A DNA stretch of 64,000 nt from Nitrosomonas sp. (lineage in GTDB: Bacteria > Pseudomonadota > Gammaproteobacteria > Burkholderiales > Nitrosomonadaceae), in assembly GCF_022842015.1 (NCBI RefSeq), contig NZ_JALHQJ010000003.1:4557-68556 (forward strand). Direction: 5' to 3'. The translations under genes and the position numbers were made by a program. Positions 1-10,640 of the stretch are shown piece after piece. Under the pieces are notes generated by a model. The model made no database searches, was not told where the DNA came from, and saw only the letters and a program-made list of their open reading frames with translations. Within the stretch, counting starts at the first letter, position 1. Every line of letters begins with the position of its first letter.

Positions 1-1718
1 ATTGCTGTCAGCTCGATAGCATCCTGTGTTTGCACTGCATGCTCAGTCAACACATCGATAATGGTGCGCATGTCGCGAATATGCACACTCTCTTGTAGCA
101 AGTTATGCAAAACTTTCTGCACTGTTGACAGCGGCAATAATTTTGGAACCAGATCTTCAATAAGTTTGGGAAATTGTGTATTAAGATGATCAAGCAGTTT
201 CTGCAATTCCTGCCTGCCCAATAATTCAGCAGCGTGCGAATGGATCAAGTGGTTGATATGCGTCGTTACCACCGTGCTGGCATCAACCACGGTATAGCCA
301 TGCAGTTGCGCCTGTTCGCGTAAGGTTGCTTCAATCCATACTGCTGGCAATCCGAATGCCGGATCACTGGTTGCTGTGCCGGGTAACTGCATCGTGACTT
401 GTCCTGGGTTTATCGCTAGATACATACCCAAGTAAGATTCTCCCTGACCGATGACAGAACCTTTCAACGTAATACGATAAGCGTTAGGTCGTAACTCCAG
501 GTTATCCCTAATATGAATTACAGGTGGTAGAAAACCGATTTCCTGAGCAAATTTCCTGCGTATGCCATTAATTCTTTTTAGTAGATCACCTTGTTGTGCT
601 TTATCAACCAAAGGAATCAACCGGTAACCAACTTCTAATCCCAATGTATCAATTGGAGTTACATCATTCCAACTGGCATCTGTCTTTTCGATTGTCGGTA
701 TTTCTGGAGCAACAGACTCAACAAGCTGCGTAACTGGGCTTTTTTTCTTCCAATAAGCTATCGCACCTAAGGCAGAAGCGATAAAAAGAAATACAAAATT
801 TGGCATGCCCGGGATGAGCCCCATCACAGCTAAAATTGCGGCAGTAATTACCAATACTTGCGGTTGATTAAATAACTGACTTAAAACTTGCTCGCCCAGA
901 TCTTGATCAGTCGTTACTCGACTTACCACCATGCCTGCAGCGGTAGAAATAATGAGCGATGGGATTTGTCCGACCAAACCATCGCCGATGGTTAACAAAG
1001 TATAATTCTTCGCTGCCGATGCTAATTCCATATCGTGCTGCATAACACCCACAATCAATCCACCGACAATGGTAATCAGCATAATCAATATGCCGGCAAT
1101 TGCATCGCCGCGCACAAATTTACTGGCACCATCCATGGACCCATAGAAATCGGCTTCTTGCGAAATGACCAGTCTACGTTTACGCGCTTCGTCCTCGCCG
1201 ATCAATCCAGCATTCAAATCAGCGTCAATGGCCATCTGCTTGCCAGGCATAGCATCAAGTGTGAAGCGTGCGGTAACTTCTGCGATACGCCCCGCTCCTT
1301 TAGTAATCACGACAAAATTGATTACCACCAGAATAATGAACACCACCAACCCGACAGCATAATTCCCACCCACTAGAAAATGTCCAAATGCCTCGATCAC
1401 TTTGCCTGCAGCATCGGGTCCGGTATGTCCTTCAAGCAAGACAACCCGGGTTGAGGCGATATTTAACGACAGTCGCAACAAAGTTGTAATCAACAAAATA
1501 GTCGGGAATACTGCAAAATCGAGTGGATTCCTGGTATACAGGCTCACCATGAGCACGATAATGGCTACCGCAATATTGAAGGTAAACAGCAGATCCAATA
1601 CAAAAGGCGGCAATGGCAACACCATCATGGCCAGGATCATAATAATCAAGACCGGCCCAGCCAAGGTCCTGAAATTATTAATATCTGCTAAAGATGACAA
1701 TGTAACCGCGTTATTCAT
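1..1718 (-). CDS. flhA: Flagellar export protein FlhA (5' part, runs off left edge)
   Basis: Manual translation from ATG at 1718: MNNAVTLSSL...LAMMVLPLPPFVLDLLFTFNI...FPTILLITTLLRLSLNIASTRVVLL...KGAGRIAEV; directly downstream of flhB. Confidence 0.95.
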   Translation of the reverse strand, partial: MNNAVTLSSLADINNFRTLAGPVLIIMILAMMVLPLPPFVLDLLFTFNIAVAIIVLMVSLYTRNPLDFAVFPTILLITTLLRLSLNIASTRVVLLEGHTGPDAAGKVIEAFGHFLVGGNYAVGLVVFIILVVINFVVITKGAGRIAEVTARFTLDAMPGKQMAIDADLNAGLIGEDEARKRRLVISQEADFYGSMDGASKFVRGDAIAGILIMLITIVGGLIVGVMQHDMELASAAKNYTLLTIGDGLVGQIPSLIISTAAGMVVSRVTTDQDLGEQVLSQLFNQPQVLVITAAILAVMGLIPGMPNFVFLFIASALGAIAYWKKKSPVTQLVESVAPEIPTIEKTDASWNDVTPIDTLGLEVGYRLIPLVDKAQQGDLLKRINGIRRKFAQEIGFLPPVIHIRDNLELRPNAYRITLKGSVIGQGESYLGMYLAINPGQVTMQLPGTATSDPAFGLPAVWIEATLREQAQLHGYTVVDASTVVTTHINHLIHSHAAELLGRQELQKLLDHLNTQFPKLIEDLVPKLLPLSTVQKVLHNLLQESVHIRDMRTIIDVLTEHAVQTQDAIELTA

Positions 1719-1771
1719 GGTTTCGAAATAAATAATTTAAAGAAAATTTAACTTAAAATTCACTCACGCTG

Positions 1772-2914
1772 CTAAACCGCAAGATTTACCTGATCCAGCT
1801 CAGCCGGAACAGGCACATCAACCGGCGGTCTCGGCTCAGCGCCGCCATACTCGTTATATCGCCGTAACTGGAAAACGTACGCCAATATCTCAGCCACTGC
1901 GGTATACAGCTTTTCCGGTATCTCGCTTTCTAGTTCCGCGTGGTGATACAACGCTCGCGCAAGCGGCGGTGCTTCAAGAATTGGTATACGATGCTCAGTA
2001 GCAATCTCCCGAATTCGTGCAGCCAGCAAATGCACGCCTTTGGCGACCACTTTGGGTGCACGCATACTATTACTCTGATATCGCAATGCCACAGCATAGT
2101 GTGTCGGATTGGTAACAATGACGTCTGCCTTTGGAATTTCAGACATCATGCGACGGCGTGCGGCTTCACGTTGCAGATTACGAATACGGGCCTTGACGTA
2201 CGGATCACCTTCGCTTTCCTTGTGTTCTTTACGAATTTCGTCTTGAGTCATGCGTAATTGTTTCGCGTGTTCCCAGAGTTGAAATGGCACATCGATCGCA
2301 ACTATCATGATCATTGCGCCAATGATCAGCAGAAAACTCATTGCCAGAAAGTCACCGGTACGGCTAATTCCCAAATCAATGGATACTGTAAGCAGCGCTA
2401 TCACAGACTCTTTGTTATTCCAAATAACTAATGCCGCGACTCCACCAATGATGACGGTTTTAAGAATGGCCTTAACAAGCTCAATCAGGCTACGCATTGA
2501 AAAAATGCGGGCCAAACCTTTAAATGGGTCAATGCGCTTAAAATCTGGAATAACAGCCTTAGCACTGATAATCCAGCCACTCAAAAACATCGGAGCAAAG
2601 AATGCCACGACCAGAAGCAAAAACAACAAGGGTGCCATCGATATCAGACCTTCAATAGCAAGCTGATAAAAACGATCGATCATTAATTCAGGCTGAAACG
2701 CCAACTCCCGCTCCATTTGCATGCCAGATTGCATGATTTTCACCAACTTCTCCATCAGAGCTGCGCCCATCATCAATATCCCGACAGCAGCAGCCATCAA
2801 TAAGGTAAATGTGGTAAGTTCTTGAGAACGCGCAACCTGACCTTCTTCCCGTGCCTTCTCCAGGCGCCTGGGTGTGGCCTCTTCAGTACGTTCTAGATCA
2901 CTTTCTTCAGACAT
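1772..2914 (-). CDS. flhB: Flagellar export protein FlhB
   Basis: N-terminal ERTEEATPRRLEKAREEGQV, TNPTHYAVAL autocleavage motif, EGDPYVKARIR; start taken at MSEES (ORF track starts at 2926). Confidence 0.97.
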   Translation of the reverse strand: MSEESDLERTEEATPRRLEKAREEGQVARSQELTTFTLLMAAAVGILMMGAALMEKLVKIMQSGMQMERELAFQPELMIDRFYQLAIEGLISMAPLLFLLLVVAFFAPMFLSGWIISAKAVIPDFKRIDPFKGLARIFSMRSLIELVKAILKTVIIGGVAALVIWNNKESVIALLTVSIDLGISRTGDFLAMSFLLIIGAMIMIVAIDVPFQLWEHAKQLRMTQDEIRKEHKESEGDPYVKARIRNLQREAARRRMMSEIPKADVIVTNPTHYAVALRYQSNSMRAPKVVAKGVHLLAARIREIATEHRIPILEAPPLARALYHHAELESEIPEKLYTAVAEILAYVFQLRRYNEYGGAEPRPPVDVPVPAELDQVNLAV

Positions 2915-3130
2915 GACAAGCTCCAAATTTCTATCAATGAATTATCATTGGAATTATCTGAATCCCATATTGGGAATAAAGAAGGAATCATCCCCTTTAT
3001 TACTGGAACATTAAAAGCAGTCATATATCGTTCCTATCACCCATGAATCAGATCATTTTTCAGTTAATGGCTATGGCAAATCTGAAACGTATTACTATAT
3101 GATTTACCCGTTTATTTTTGTGATCACTCG

Positions 3131-5521
3131 ATGCAGTTTACTTTACGTTTTGTCGGATACATTTTTGCAACAGGGCTGCTTATCACTGTCTTATTGATCC
3201 TTATCGCCTTCTTACTGCTGCGCGCAAGTTTGCCGCAATATGACGGCGAAGCACCGCTTGCTGGGTTATCTGCACCCGTATTCATCGACCGAGATGCACT
3301 TGGCAGCGTGACCTTTAAAGGCGAAAATCGATTGGATTTAGCGCTGGCGATGGGCTATGTCCATGCACAGGAACGCTTCTTTGAAATGGATTTGATGCGC
3401 CGACAGGCTGCGGGCGAATTGTCCGAATTATTTGGTACTGCATCGCTCGCGCATGATCGCAAAGCACGTGCATTTCGCATGCGCACGCGCGCCACCGCCG
3501 TTTTACAACAGTTGCCTAAAACTCAACTGCAATTACTCGATGTTTATCGGGACGGTGTCAATCAAGGCATTGCAGCACTGACGGCGCGCCCTTTTCCATA
3601 CTTATTGACTCAAACCCAGCCTACCGTGTGGCGCAATGAAGACAGCATCTTAGTCATTGCTGCAATGTTTTTTACTTTGAATGAATCCAATATTTATCGT
3701 GAATTGGCGCTATCCCGCCTGCGCGCAACGCTATCAGAACCGGTTTATCGATTTTTGAACACTCCGGCAGGCAATTGGGATGCACCGTTGATTGATGAAC
3801 CCATCACCTTACCGGAACTCCCTTCAGCGGTGCATATCAATCTGCAAGCATTAGACAAAAAATTATTCAATGGCAACCCGTTAGCCATAGAACAATCGCC
3901 CGGCAGCAACAGTTTTGCGGTTGCCGGAGGACTAACCGATGGCCCTGCCATCGTCGCTAATGACATGCATTTATCGTTACGAGCACCTAACCTTTGGTTT
4001 AGAACTCGCCTTATTTATCCTGATGCCGCAACTGCAGATCAGTTTCACGACATCACCGGCATCAGCCTGCCCGGCGTGCCTTCAGTTGTGATCGGCTCAA
4101 ATCAGCATATCGCCTGGAGCTTCACCAATAGCCACGGAGATTTTTCCGATTGGGTAAGGATAAAAACTGATGCAGACGATCCAACACGCTACCTCAGTTC
4201 AACTGGCTGGCAACCGATGAAGATTCACCATGAAACCATTCGCATCCGCAATTCAATAGATGAAACCCTGCAAATTTCAGAAACTGAGTGGGGCCCTATT
4301 TTGGCGCAAGACCACGATAAAACCCCATTAGCGTTAGCCTGGACAGCATTGCAACCTGAAGCTATAAATCTTAAATTGACCGAGCTGGAACAGGTCAGGT
4401 CCGCGCAACGCGCCGCAAGGATTGCACCATTACTTGGCATCCCGGTACAAAACTTTATCGTCGGTGATCGTCATGGCAATATCAGTTGGACTCTTGCAGG
4501 CCGCATCCCCATCCGATCAGGTATGTATGATCCGCACGTACCTGCCGACTGGACTACAGCAAGTACGGGATGGAGCGGATGGCTGGAGCCTGAGCGCTAT
4601 CCGCTCATCAATAATCCTGCAACACTACGACTATGGTCTGCAAATTCACGTCCTGTTTCAGGTAGCCTGCTGAATCTTTTGGGTAATGGCGGCTTTGATT
4701 TAGGCGCAAGAGCCACGCAAATTCGCGACAGTTTATTGGCGCGTAACCAATTTACCGTAGCGGATATGCAAGCCATTCAATTGGATAATCGCGCGCTCTT
4801 GTTGACACGCTGGCATCAGCTACTGAGCAATATTCTGGAATCGGCAGACAGTGAGCTACCGTGGGTTTTAACAATGAAAAATGCATTAACTGACTGGAAT
4901 GGACAGGCTTCCACGGATTCTATTGCCTACCGGATTGTACGCACGTATCGCCATGAAGTGACAAAGACTGTATTAAACGGTTTTGCCGCCCCAGTGCGGC
5001 AAAACGATGCAGCTTTTGAATTACCTAGACTAAGTCAAGCGGAAGTAATTGTGTGGCAACTGCTCGAACAGAGACCCCAACACCTACTGCCATCGCCGTA
5101 TAAAAATTGGGAAGAATTACTATACCTTTGCGCACAACAAAGTGCCAAACAGATGCAACAAGATGGCGGTATTGCTGAACGAAACTGGGGTGAAGTCAAT
5201 GCAGCGCGTATTCGGCACCCCCTCAGTCAAAAACTTCCGTCATGGGTAGCACAATGGCTTGATATGCCAAGTGATCCGCTACCGGGTGATCACAATATGC
5301 CGCGTGTGCAATCCCCCAACTTTGGCGCCTCGCAACGCTCCGTGGTTGCTCCAGGGCAGGAAGAACATGGCTATTTTGATATGCCTGGAGGACAAAGCGG
5401 TCATCCGCTTTCGCCATACTACGGTCGTGGGCACGCCGACTGGGTAAATGGAAATCGCACACCTTTTCTTCCGGGGGCAGCGGAAAGACAAATGAAGCTT
5501 ATTTCAGTCCAGTCTAAATAA
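3131..5521 (+). CDS. Penicillin acylase family Ntn-hydrolase
   Basis: DRDALG..., GYVHAQERFFEMDL, GSNSFAV catalytic Ser start of beta chain, ANDMHL, PGGQSGHPLSPYY; N-terminal membrane anchor. Confidence 0.9.
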   Translation: MQFTLRFVGYIFATGLLITVLLILIAFLLLRASLPQYDGEAPLAGLSAPVFIDRDALGSVTFKGENRLDLALAMGYVHAQERFFEMDLMRRQAAGELSELFGTASLAHDRKARAFRMRTRATAVLQQLPKTQLQLLDVYRDGVNQGIAALTARPFPYLLTQTQPTVWRNEDSILVIAAMFFTLNESNIYRELALSRLRATLSEPVYRFLNTPAGNWDAPLIDEPITLPELPSAVHINLQALDKKLFNGNPLAIEQSPGSNSFAVAGGLTDGPAIVANDMHLSLRAPNLWFRTRLIYPDAATADQFHDITGISLPGVPSVVIGSNQHIAWSFTNSHGDFSDWVRIKTDADDPTRYLSSTGWQPMKIHHETIRIRNSIDETLQISETEWGPILAQDHDKTPLALAWTALQPEAINLKLTELEQVRSAQRAARIAPLLGIPVQNFIVGDRHGNISWTLAGRIPIRSGMYDPHVPADWTTASTGWSGWLEPERYPLINNPATLRLWSANSRPVSGSLLNLLGNGGFDLGARATQIRDSLLARNQFTVADMQAIQLDNRALLLTRWHQLLSNILESADSELPWVLTMKNALTDWNGQASTDSIAYRIVRTYRHEVTKTVLNGFAAPVRQNDAAFELPRLSQAEVIVWQLLEQRPQHLLPSPYKNWEELLYLCAQQSAKQMQQDGGIAERNWGEVNAARIRHPLSQKLPSWVAQWLDMPSDPLPGDHNMPRVQSPNFGASQRSVVAPGQEEHGYFDMPGGQSGHPLSPYYGRGHADWVNGNRTPFLPGAAERQMKLISVQSK

Positions 5522-5612
5522 ATGGATTCCAGCAAAGCTGGTTATCTTGGTTAATTATCTTCATCGATAAGCACTGCACTGCCATAGTACAAACTATCTG
5601 CTATGCAACAGA

Positions 5613-5978
5613 TTACTTCTTCTGTCCGCTCCGATGTACTTCCGTTTCTTCAATAATTTGTGCGTCTTCGATGATTACGGTTTGATCCATACCGGATTGA
5701 CGGTTTACATCATTGGATTGCTGCATGGTCTTTTCATGTTTCCGGCGTAACCACCAGAAACGTATGCCAACGACCACAACCGCCACGGCAACTAATGCCA
5801 GGAAAGCGGCAAAAAAGAAAATACCCGCGAACACCATAACCACAACAACGGGAATCAGCATCGCATAAGTAAGCCAGCGATTTAAAGGCGAAACCGGTGC
5901 ACGCTGAAATTCTCCCGACTCATCCTGACGGTATTCAGCAATCCTGCTCATTACAATTTTTCTCTCTTCATCATTCAT
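5613..5978 (-). CDS. Hypothetical membrane protein
   Basis: 121 aa with a long central hydrophobic segment; 4-nt overlap with pepP stop. Confidence 0.6.
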   Translation of the reverse strand: MNDEERKIVMSRIAEYRQDESGEFQRAPVSPLNRWLTYAMLIPVVVVMVFAGIFFFAAFLALVAVAVVVVGIRFWWLRRKHEKTMQQSNDVNRQSGMDQTVIIEDAQIIEETEVHRSGQKK

Positions 5979-7282
5979 TGCATTAACTCCTCTATTGCAG
6001 CAATTGTTTTGGGTGCCGCTAAAGTTAAAAGTTCATGGTCTGTTTGCGTAACCACCACGTCATCCTCAATGCGAATGCCAATATTCCAGAAATGCTCCGG
6101 CACATTATCCGCTGGACGGATGTAGCAACCCGGCTCAACTGTCAGCACCATGCCAGGCTGCAATAAACGCCATTCACCTTTCTGTTTGTATTCTCCAACA
6201 TCATGCACATCCATACCCAGCCAATGACCGGTCTTATGCATATAAAAACGTTTGTAGTCGCCCGACTCCAGCACAGCCTCCATGCTACCCTGACATAATC
6301 CCAAATCAATAAAACCTTGCGCTAACACAAGCAGTGCGGCTTGATGCGGATCATTCCAGTTATTTCCCGGCTTCACTTGCAATATTGCTGCTGTCTGGGC
6401 AGCCAGCACGAGTTGATACACATCTCTTTGTGCGGCAGTAAATTTTCCATTGATAGGAAATGTCCGCGTAATATCAGAAGCATAGCCATCCAACTCACAA
6501 CCCGCGTCAATCAATAATAAATCACCTGATTTCAATTCGGCATTATTCTGCACATAATGTAATACGCATGCGTTAGCGCCTCCGGCAACAATAGAAGTAT
6601 AAGCCGGTGACTGAGCACCATGCCGATAGAAGGTATAAAGCAATTCAGCTTCAATCTCGTTTTCGCGCATTCCCGGTATTGTCGTTTGCATCGCGCGCTG
6701 ATGTGCCTGCGCTGAAATATCCGCTGCCCGCTGCATAATTTGCAATTCGTCGGTACCCTTAATCAGGCGCATTTCATCCAATAATGCACGGTAATCATGA
6801 ATCTCACTCGGTGCCGCAACGCCTGTACGTGCCAGTTCACGCACCCGATTTAACCAACCGACAACACGCTGATCCCAGTTCTGATCCAATCCCAAGGCGG
6901 TGTAAACAGCGGGTTGATCTGCGAGTAACTGGGGCAGCAATTCTTCCAATTTAGCTAATGGATAAGTCTCATCAAAGCCGAAAACCTCCTTGGCTGCCTC
7001 CGGCCCATAGCGAAAACCATCCCAGATTTCACGCTCAGCGTCTTTCTCCCGGCAAAATAAAATATGCTCGGCCGGTGCACAATCAGTTGCGGCAACAATC
7101 AAAAGCACCGCCTCTGGTTCACGAAAACCAGTCAAGTAATAAAAATAGCTATCAAACCGGTATGGATAATGCGCATCACCATTCCGTAACCGCTCCGGAG
7201 CCGTTGGAATAATCGCCACACCCGTTTGCATTTGAGCTGCCAGAAGTTTGCGACGTGCGATAAAAGGTTGAATATAGGTCAT
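5975..7282 (-). CDS. pepP: Xaa-Pro aminopeptidase P
   Basis: YRFDSYFYYLTGF, DAGCELDGYASDITRT, HKTGHWLGMDVHD, TVEPGCY, GIRIEDD metal-ligand motifs. Confidence 0.93.
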   Translation of the reverse strand: MTYIQPFIARRKLLAAQMQTGVAIIPTAPERLRNGDAHYPYRFDSYFYYLTGFREPEAVLLIVAATDCAPAEHILFCREKDAEREIWDGFRYGPEAAKEVFGFDETYPLAKLEELLPQLLADQPAVYTALGLDQNWDQRVVGWLNRVRELARTGVAAPSEIHDYRALLDEMRLIKGTDELQIMQRAADISAQAHQRAMQTTIPGMRENEIEAELLYTFYRHGAQSPAYTSIVAGGANACVLHYVQNNAELKSGDLLLIDAGCELDGYASDITRTFPINGKFTAAQRDVYQLVLAAQTAAILQVKPGNNWNDPHQAALLVLAQGFIDLGLCQGSMEAVLESGDYKRFYMHKTGHWLGMDVHDVGEYKQKGEWRLLQPGMVLTVEPGCYIRPADNVPEHFWNIGIRIEDDVVVTQTDHELLTLAAPKTIAAIEELMQ

Positions 7283-7313
7283 AGTTACTATTTCAAGTTA
7301 TTACAATCAGTTA

Positions 7314-8084
7314 TTACTTGATCCCTGTTTGCGATTTAAGTTGCTTATCCAGTGCTTCGAGTCGCTCCGATGTTCCTACATCAATCCACTTTCCGGAAAA
7401 ATATTCACCGCTCACTTTGCCTATTGCTATTGCCTGCCGCAATACCGGAGCTAGTTTTACCGCCATGCCTGGTTTTATTGCGCTAAATAGTTGCGGTTGA
7501 TAAATGCCGATGCCACTAAACGTTAATCGATTGCTGCCTGTCAGTAAGATCTGATCCTGCTGTAACGCAAAATCTCCTGCGGCGTGATGCGATGGATTAT
7601 CCACTAGCACCAGATGCGCCAACTGTACTTTCTCCGACTGCATCGCTCTCATAACCGGTAACAACGATACATAATCCATTTCACAATAAATATCTGCGTT
7701 GACCACCAAGAATGGCTGATTGCTGGATTGACTCGTCAATAGCGGCAAGGCATTAGCGATCCCTCCCGCAGTTTCCAAAACTACTTGTTCAGGTGAATAT
7801 TGAATATTAACACCATAGCACTCACCTGTACCCAAAGCATTTTCAATCATTGCACCCAGGTACGCATGGTTAATGACAATATCAACAAAACCAGCACGCG
7901 CCAGATTTCTTAACTGGTATTCAATTAACGCCGCACCTCCTGCCTTTAACAATGGTTTTGGTACAGCATCGGTAAGCGGGCGCATGCGCTCACCGCGCCC
8001 CGCCGCAAGAATCATTGCCTTGTAGGCAACATTTTTAGAAGGTGTAGCCAATCTTCTGGTCTGATTTAGCAGGATGCAATTCAT
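7314..8084 (-). CDS. murU: MurNAc-1-phosphate uridylyltransferase-like nucleotidyltransferase (true start probably near 8015-8024)
   Basis: KAMILAAGRGERMRPLTD..PKPLL, LETAGGI, WIDVGT; adjacent to amgK. Confidence 0.85.
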   Translation of the reverse strand: MNCILLNQTRRLATPSKNVAYKAMILAAGRGERMRPLTDAVPKPLLKAGGAALIEYQLRNLARAGFVDIVINHAYLGAMIENALGTGECYGVNIQYSPEQVVLETAGGIANALPLLTSQSSNQPFLVVNADIYCEMDYVSLLPVMRAMQSEKVQLAHLVLVDNPSHHAAGDFALQQDQILLTGSNRLTFSGIGIYQPQLFSAIKPGMAVKLAPVLRQAIAIGKVSGEYFSGKWIDVGTSERLEALDKQLKSQTGIK

Positions 8085-9039
8085 CCAATAAATTCAGCAG
8101 CGGACGGAGTTCCCGGTAGCGCTCACACGCTGTACGCAAATATTGCATCACCAGCGGCATATCGTTTAGATAAGTCGCTTTGCCATCGCGATAATTGAGA
8201 CGGGCAAAAATCCCTAACACTTTTAGGTGGCGTTGCACACCCATCCACTCAAAGTCGCGATAAAACTCTGCAAAATCTGCAGCCACCGGCAACCCGGCTT
8301 GGCGTGCTTTTTCCCAATAGCGAATGGTCCAATCCAGAATGCGGTCTTCGTCCCAGTGAATATAGGCATCTTTGAATAAAGACACCAGATCATAGGTAAT
8401 CGGCCCATGTACCGCATCCTGAAAATCAAGAATACCCGGATTCGGCGTGGATACCATCAAATTGCGTGAATGATAATCCCGATGCACCAATACTTTGGCC
8501 TGTGCCAGATTGTTTTGCACTATATGATCAAAAACATTGCGTAAAACCGTTTGCTGTTCTTTGGATAGACTCACTTGCAAATGTTTCGCAATATACCAAT
8601 CCGGAAACATATCAAGTTCTCGCTGCAATAACGCTTGATCATAACTTGGCAAGCCTTCGACTTGTTGCGACATCTGCATTTGCACCAACGCCTCCGTCGC
8701 ATCACAATAAAGTTGATTGGCTGATTCAGGTGCCTGATTGAGTGCATGCAAAAAAGTGGTATGACCCAAATCGGATAACAACAAAAAACCAAACTCTACA
8801 TTTTGTGCCAGAATTCTGGGCACATGCACCCCGGCTGCAGCCAAAATCTCCGCCACGTGCAAGAACGGCGCACAATCTTCATATTGTGGCGGCGCATCCA
8901 TCACAACCAGTGTCTGGTCATCGAAAGAAACCCGGAAATAGCGCCGGAAGCTTGCATCCGCAGAGGCTGGTTCCAGCATAAATAATCTTTCGGGGAATTG
9001 CCCCTTTAGCCAATTCTCAAGTTGTTGTATACGTTCCAT
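8035..9039 (-). CDS. amgK: Anomeric MurNAc/GlcNAc kinase (APH-family phosphotransferase)
   Basis: ASADASFRRYFR, MDAPP, HRDYHSRNLM, LDFQDA, QRHLKVLGIFARL; paired with murU. Confidence 0.85.
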   Translation of the reverse strand: MERIQQLENWLKGQFPERLFMLEPASADASFRRYFRVSFDDQTLVVMDAPPQYEDCAPFLHVAEILAAAGVHVPRILAQNVEFGFLLLSDLGHTTFLHALNQAPESANQLYCDATEALVQMQMSQQVEGLPSYDQALLQRELDMFPDWYIAKHLQVSLSKEQQTVLRNVFDHIVQNNLAQAKVLVHRDYHSRNLMVSTPNPGILDFQDAVHGPITYDLVSLFKDAYIHWDEDRILDWTIRYWEKARQAGLPVAADFAEFYRDFEWMGVQRHLKVLGIFARLNYRDGKATYLNDMPLVMQYLRTACERYRELRPLLNLLDELHPAKSDQKIGYTF

Positions 9040-9257
9040 TCATATATCCGGATAATTAATCGCTCTCATCAAGATCAAAAATAGCCTATATTTTAACCCT
9101 TGAGAAAACTTCAGAAACTTTCCCTAGCGGGTAAAACTGGAACCGTTCTCAATAACAGTGGATAATTCGAACTTGTAAGCTCACAGCGTGAGATTTTATC
9201 ACGTCACACACGTGGCCAGTTGATCAGCTGGCAGATCAATCAACAAGGAGAACAACC

Positions 9258-9524
9258 ATGATTAATAAAAATGTAATTGACGAAATCAATGCCAAAGTCA
9301 GCGAAATTATGCAAAACAGTCCAGCCAAAGATATCGAAAAAAATGTCCGGGTTTTATTATCGGGCGCATTTTCCCGGCTTGAATTAGTTACTCGTGATGA
9401 ATTTGATGTACAGCAGGAAGTATTACAGCGCACCCGTGAAAAACTGATGATTCTTGAAGCCAAGGTAACCGCACTAGAAGCTCAGTTGGGTACAAACGAA
9501 ATGCAGTCAGAGTCCGATAAGTAA
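9258..9524 (+). CDS. ubiK: Accessory factor UbiK family protein
   Basis: LELVTRDEFDVQQEVLQRTREKL coiled-coil motif; usual position upstream of comM. Confidence 0.8.
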   Translation: MINKNVIDEINAKVSEIMQNSPAKDIEKNVRVLLSGAFSRLELVTRDEFDVQQEVLQRTREKLMILEAKVTALEAQLGTNEMQSESDK

Positions 9525-9593
9525 TTTATACTCCGTGGTAATAGCTTGAGTAAATCTTAACCTGCATCCATAACTTAATTCTGCGCTTAATAG

Positions 9594-10640
9594 ATGTCAC
9601 TCGCCATACTGTATAGCCGCGCGCTTTCCGGTATTCAAGCACCGTTGGTGACAGTGGAAACGCACATCGCCAACGGCTTGCCCAGCTTCACCATCGTCGG
9701 CCTTCCCGATACCGAAGTTAAAGAAAGTAAAGACCGCGTCAGAGCGGCGCTGCAAAATGCACAATTCAAAATCCCTGCGCAACGCATCACCATCAATCTA
9801 GCTCCTGCGGACTTACCCAAAGAGAGCGGACGGTTTGACTTACCCATAGCATTAGGAATACTCGCCGCAACCGGGCAAATTCCCAAAGATAAACTGGACC
9901 AATATGAATGGGCTGGTGAACTGGCATTAACCGGAGAATTGCGCCCGATTCACGGCGCTCTGGCAATGACCTACAACGCATTACAATCTGGCCGCAGTTT
10001 TGTGCTGCCGGAACAAAATGCCGCTGAAGCCGCGCTAGTCAAAAAAGCCACGATCTACGCGGCCAAATCGTTACTACAAATCTGTGCGCATTTAACCGAA
10101 CGAGAAACCTTGCCCATTTTTTCAGGCGTAACCGAGGCCAGGAATGAAGACTCCACTTACCCGGATCTTGATGAAGTCAAAGGACAAACGCAAGCCAAAC
10201 GTGCGCTAGAAATTGCCGCCGCAGGTGGCCATAGTCTGCTAATGATTGGCCCGCCCGGTACCGGAAAATCCATGTTGGCGGCACGCTTCCCCGGTATTCT
10301 ACCGCCCATGACAGAGGTAGAGGCTCTCGAATCTGCAGCCATTCAATCACTTAGTTATGGTAGCTTCAATATTGAGAATTGGAAAAAACGGCCGTTCCGC
10401 TCACCGCACCATACGGCATCCGGTGTTGCTCTGGTCGGCGGCGGCAGCCACCCTCGCCCCGGTGAAATTTCACTGGCCTTGCACGGCGTGCTGTTTCTGG
10501 ACGAGCTGGCCGAATTCGACCGCAAAGTTTTGGAAGTGCTGCGCGAACCCCTGGAATCTGGAAAAATCACCATCTCACGTGCCGCACGTCAAGCAGAATT
10601 CCCGGCGCAATTTCAACTGATTGCCGCAATGAATCCGTGA
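9594..10640 (+). pseudogene. comM: ComM/YifB Mg-chelatase-like ATPase, 5' part interrupted by the integrated element
   Basis: [42 protein letters not shown]; ends abruptly at AAMNP with TGA formed at the junction; continues as CPCGYLG at 43851. Confidence 0.95.

Noticed and set aside
1035-1731. Plus-strand ORFs opposite flhA, and similar short shadow ORFs throughout (e.g. 62251-63990 opposite acnA)
   Set aside because: They are antisense or alternate-frame shadows of well-supported genes with no recognisable motifs.
10613-10637. ssrA-like degradation tag at the integrated-state integrase C-terminus (GFIAAIS)
   Set aside because: It does not end in the Ala-Ala typical of ClpX tags and is constrained by comM antisense coding; no support from sequence alone.
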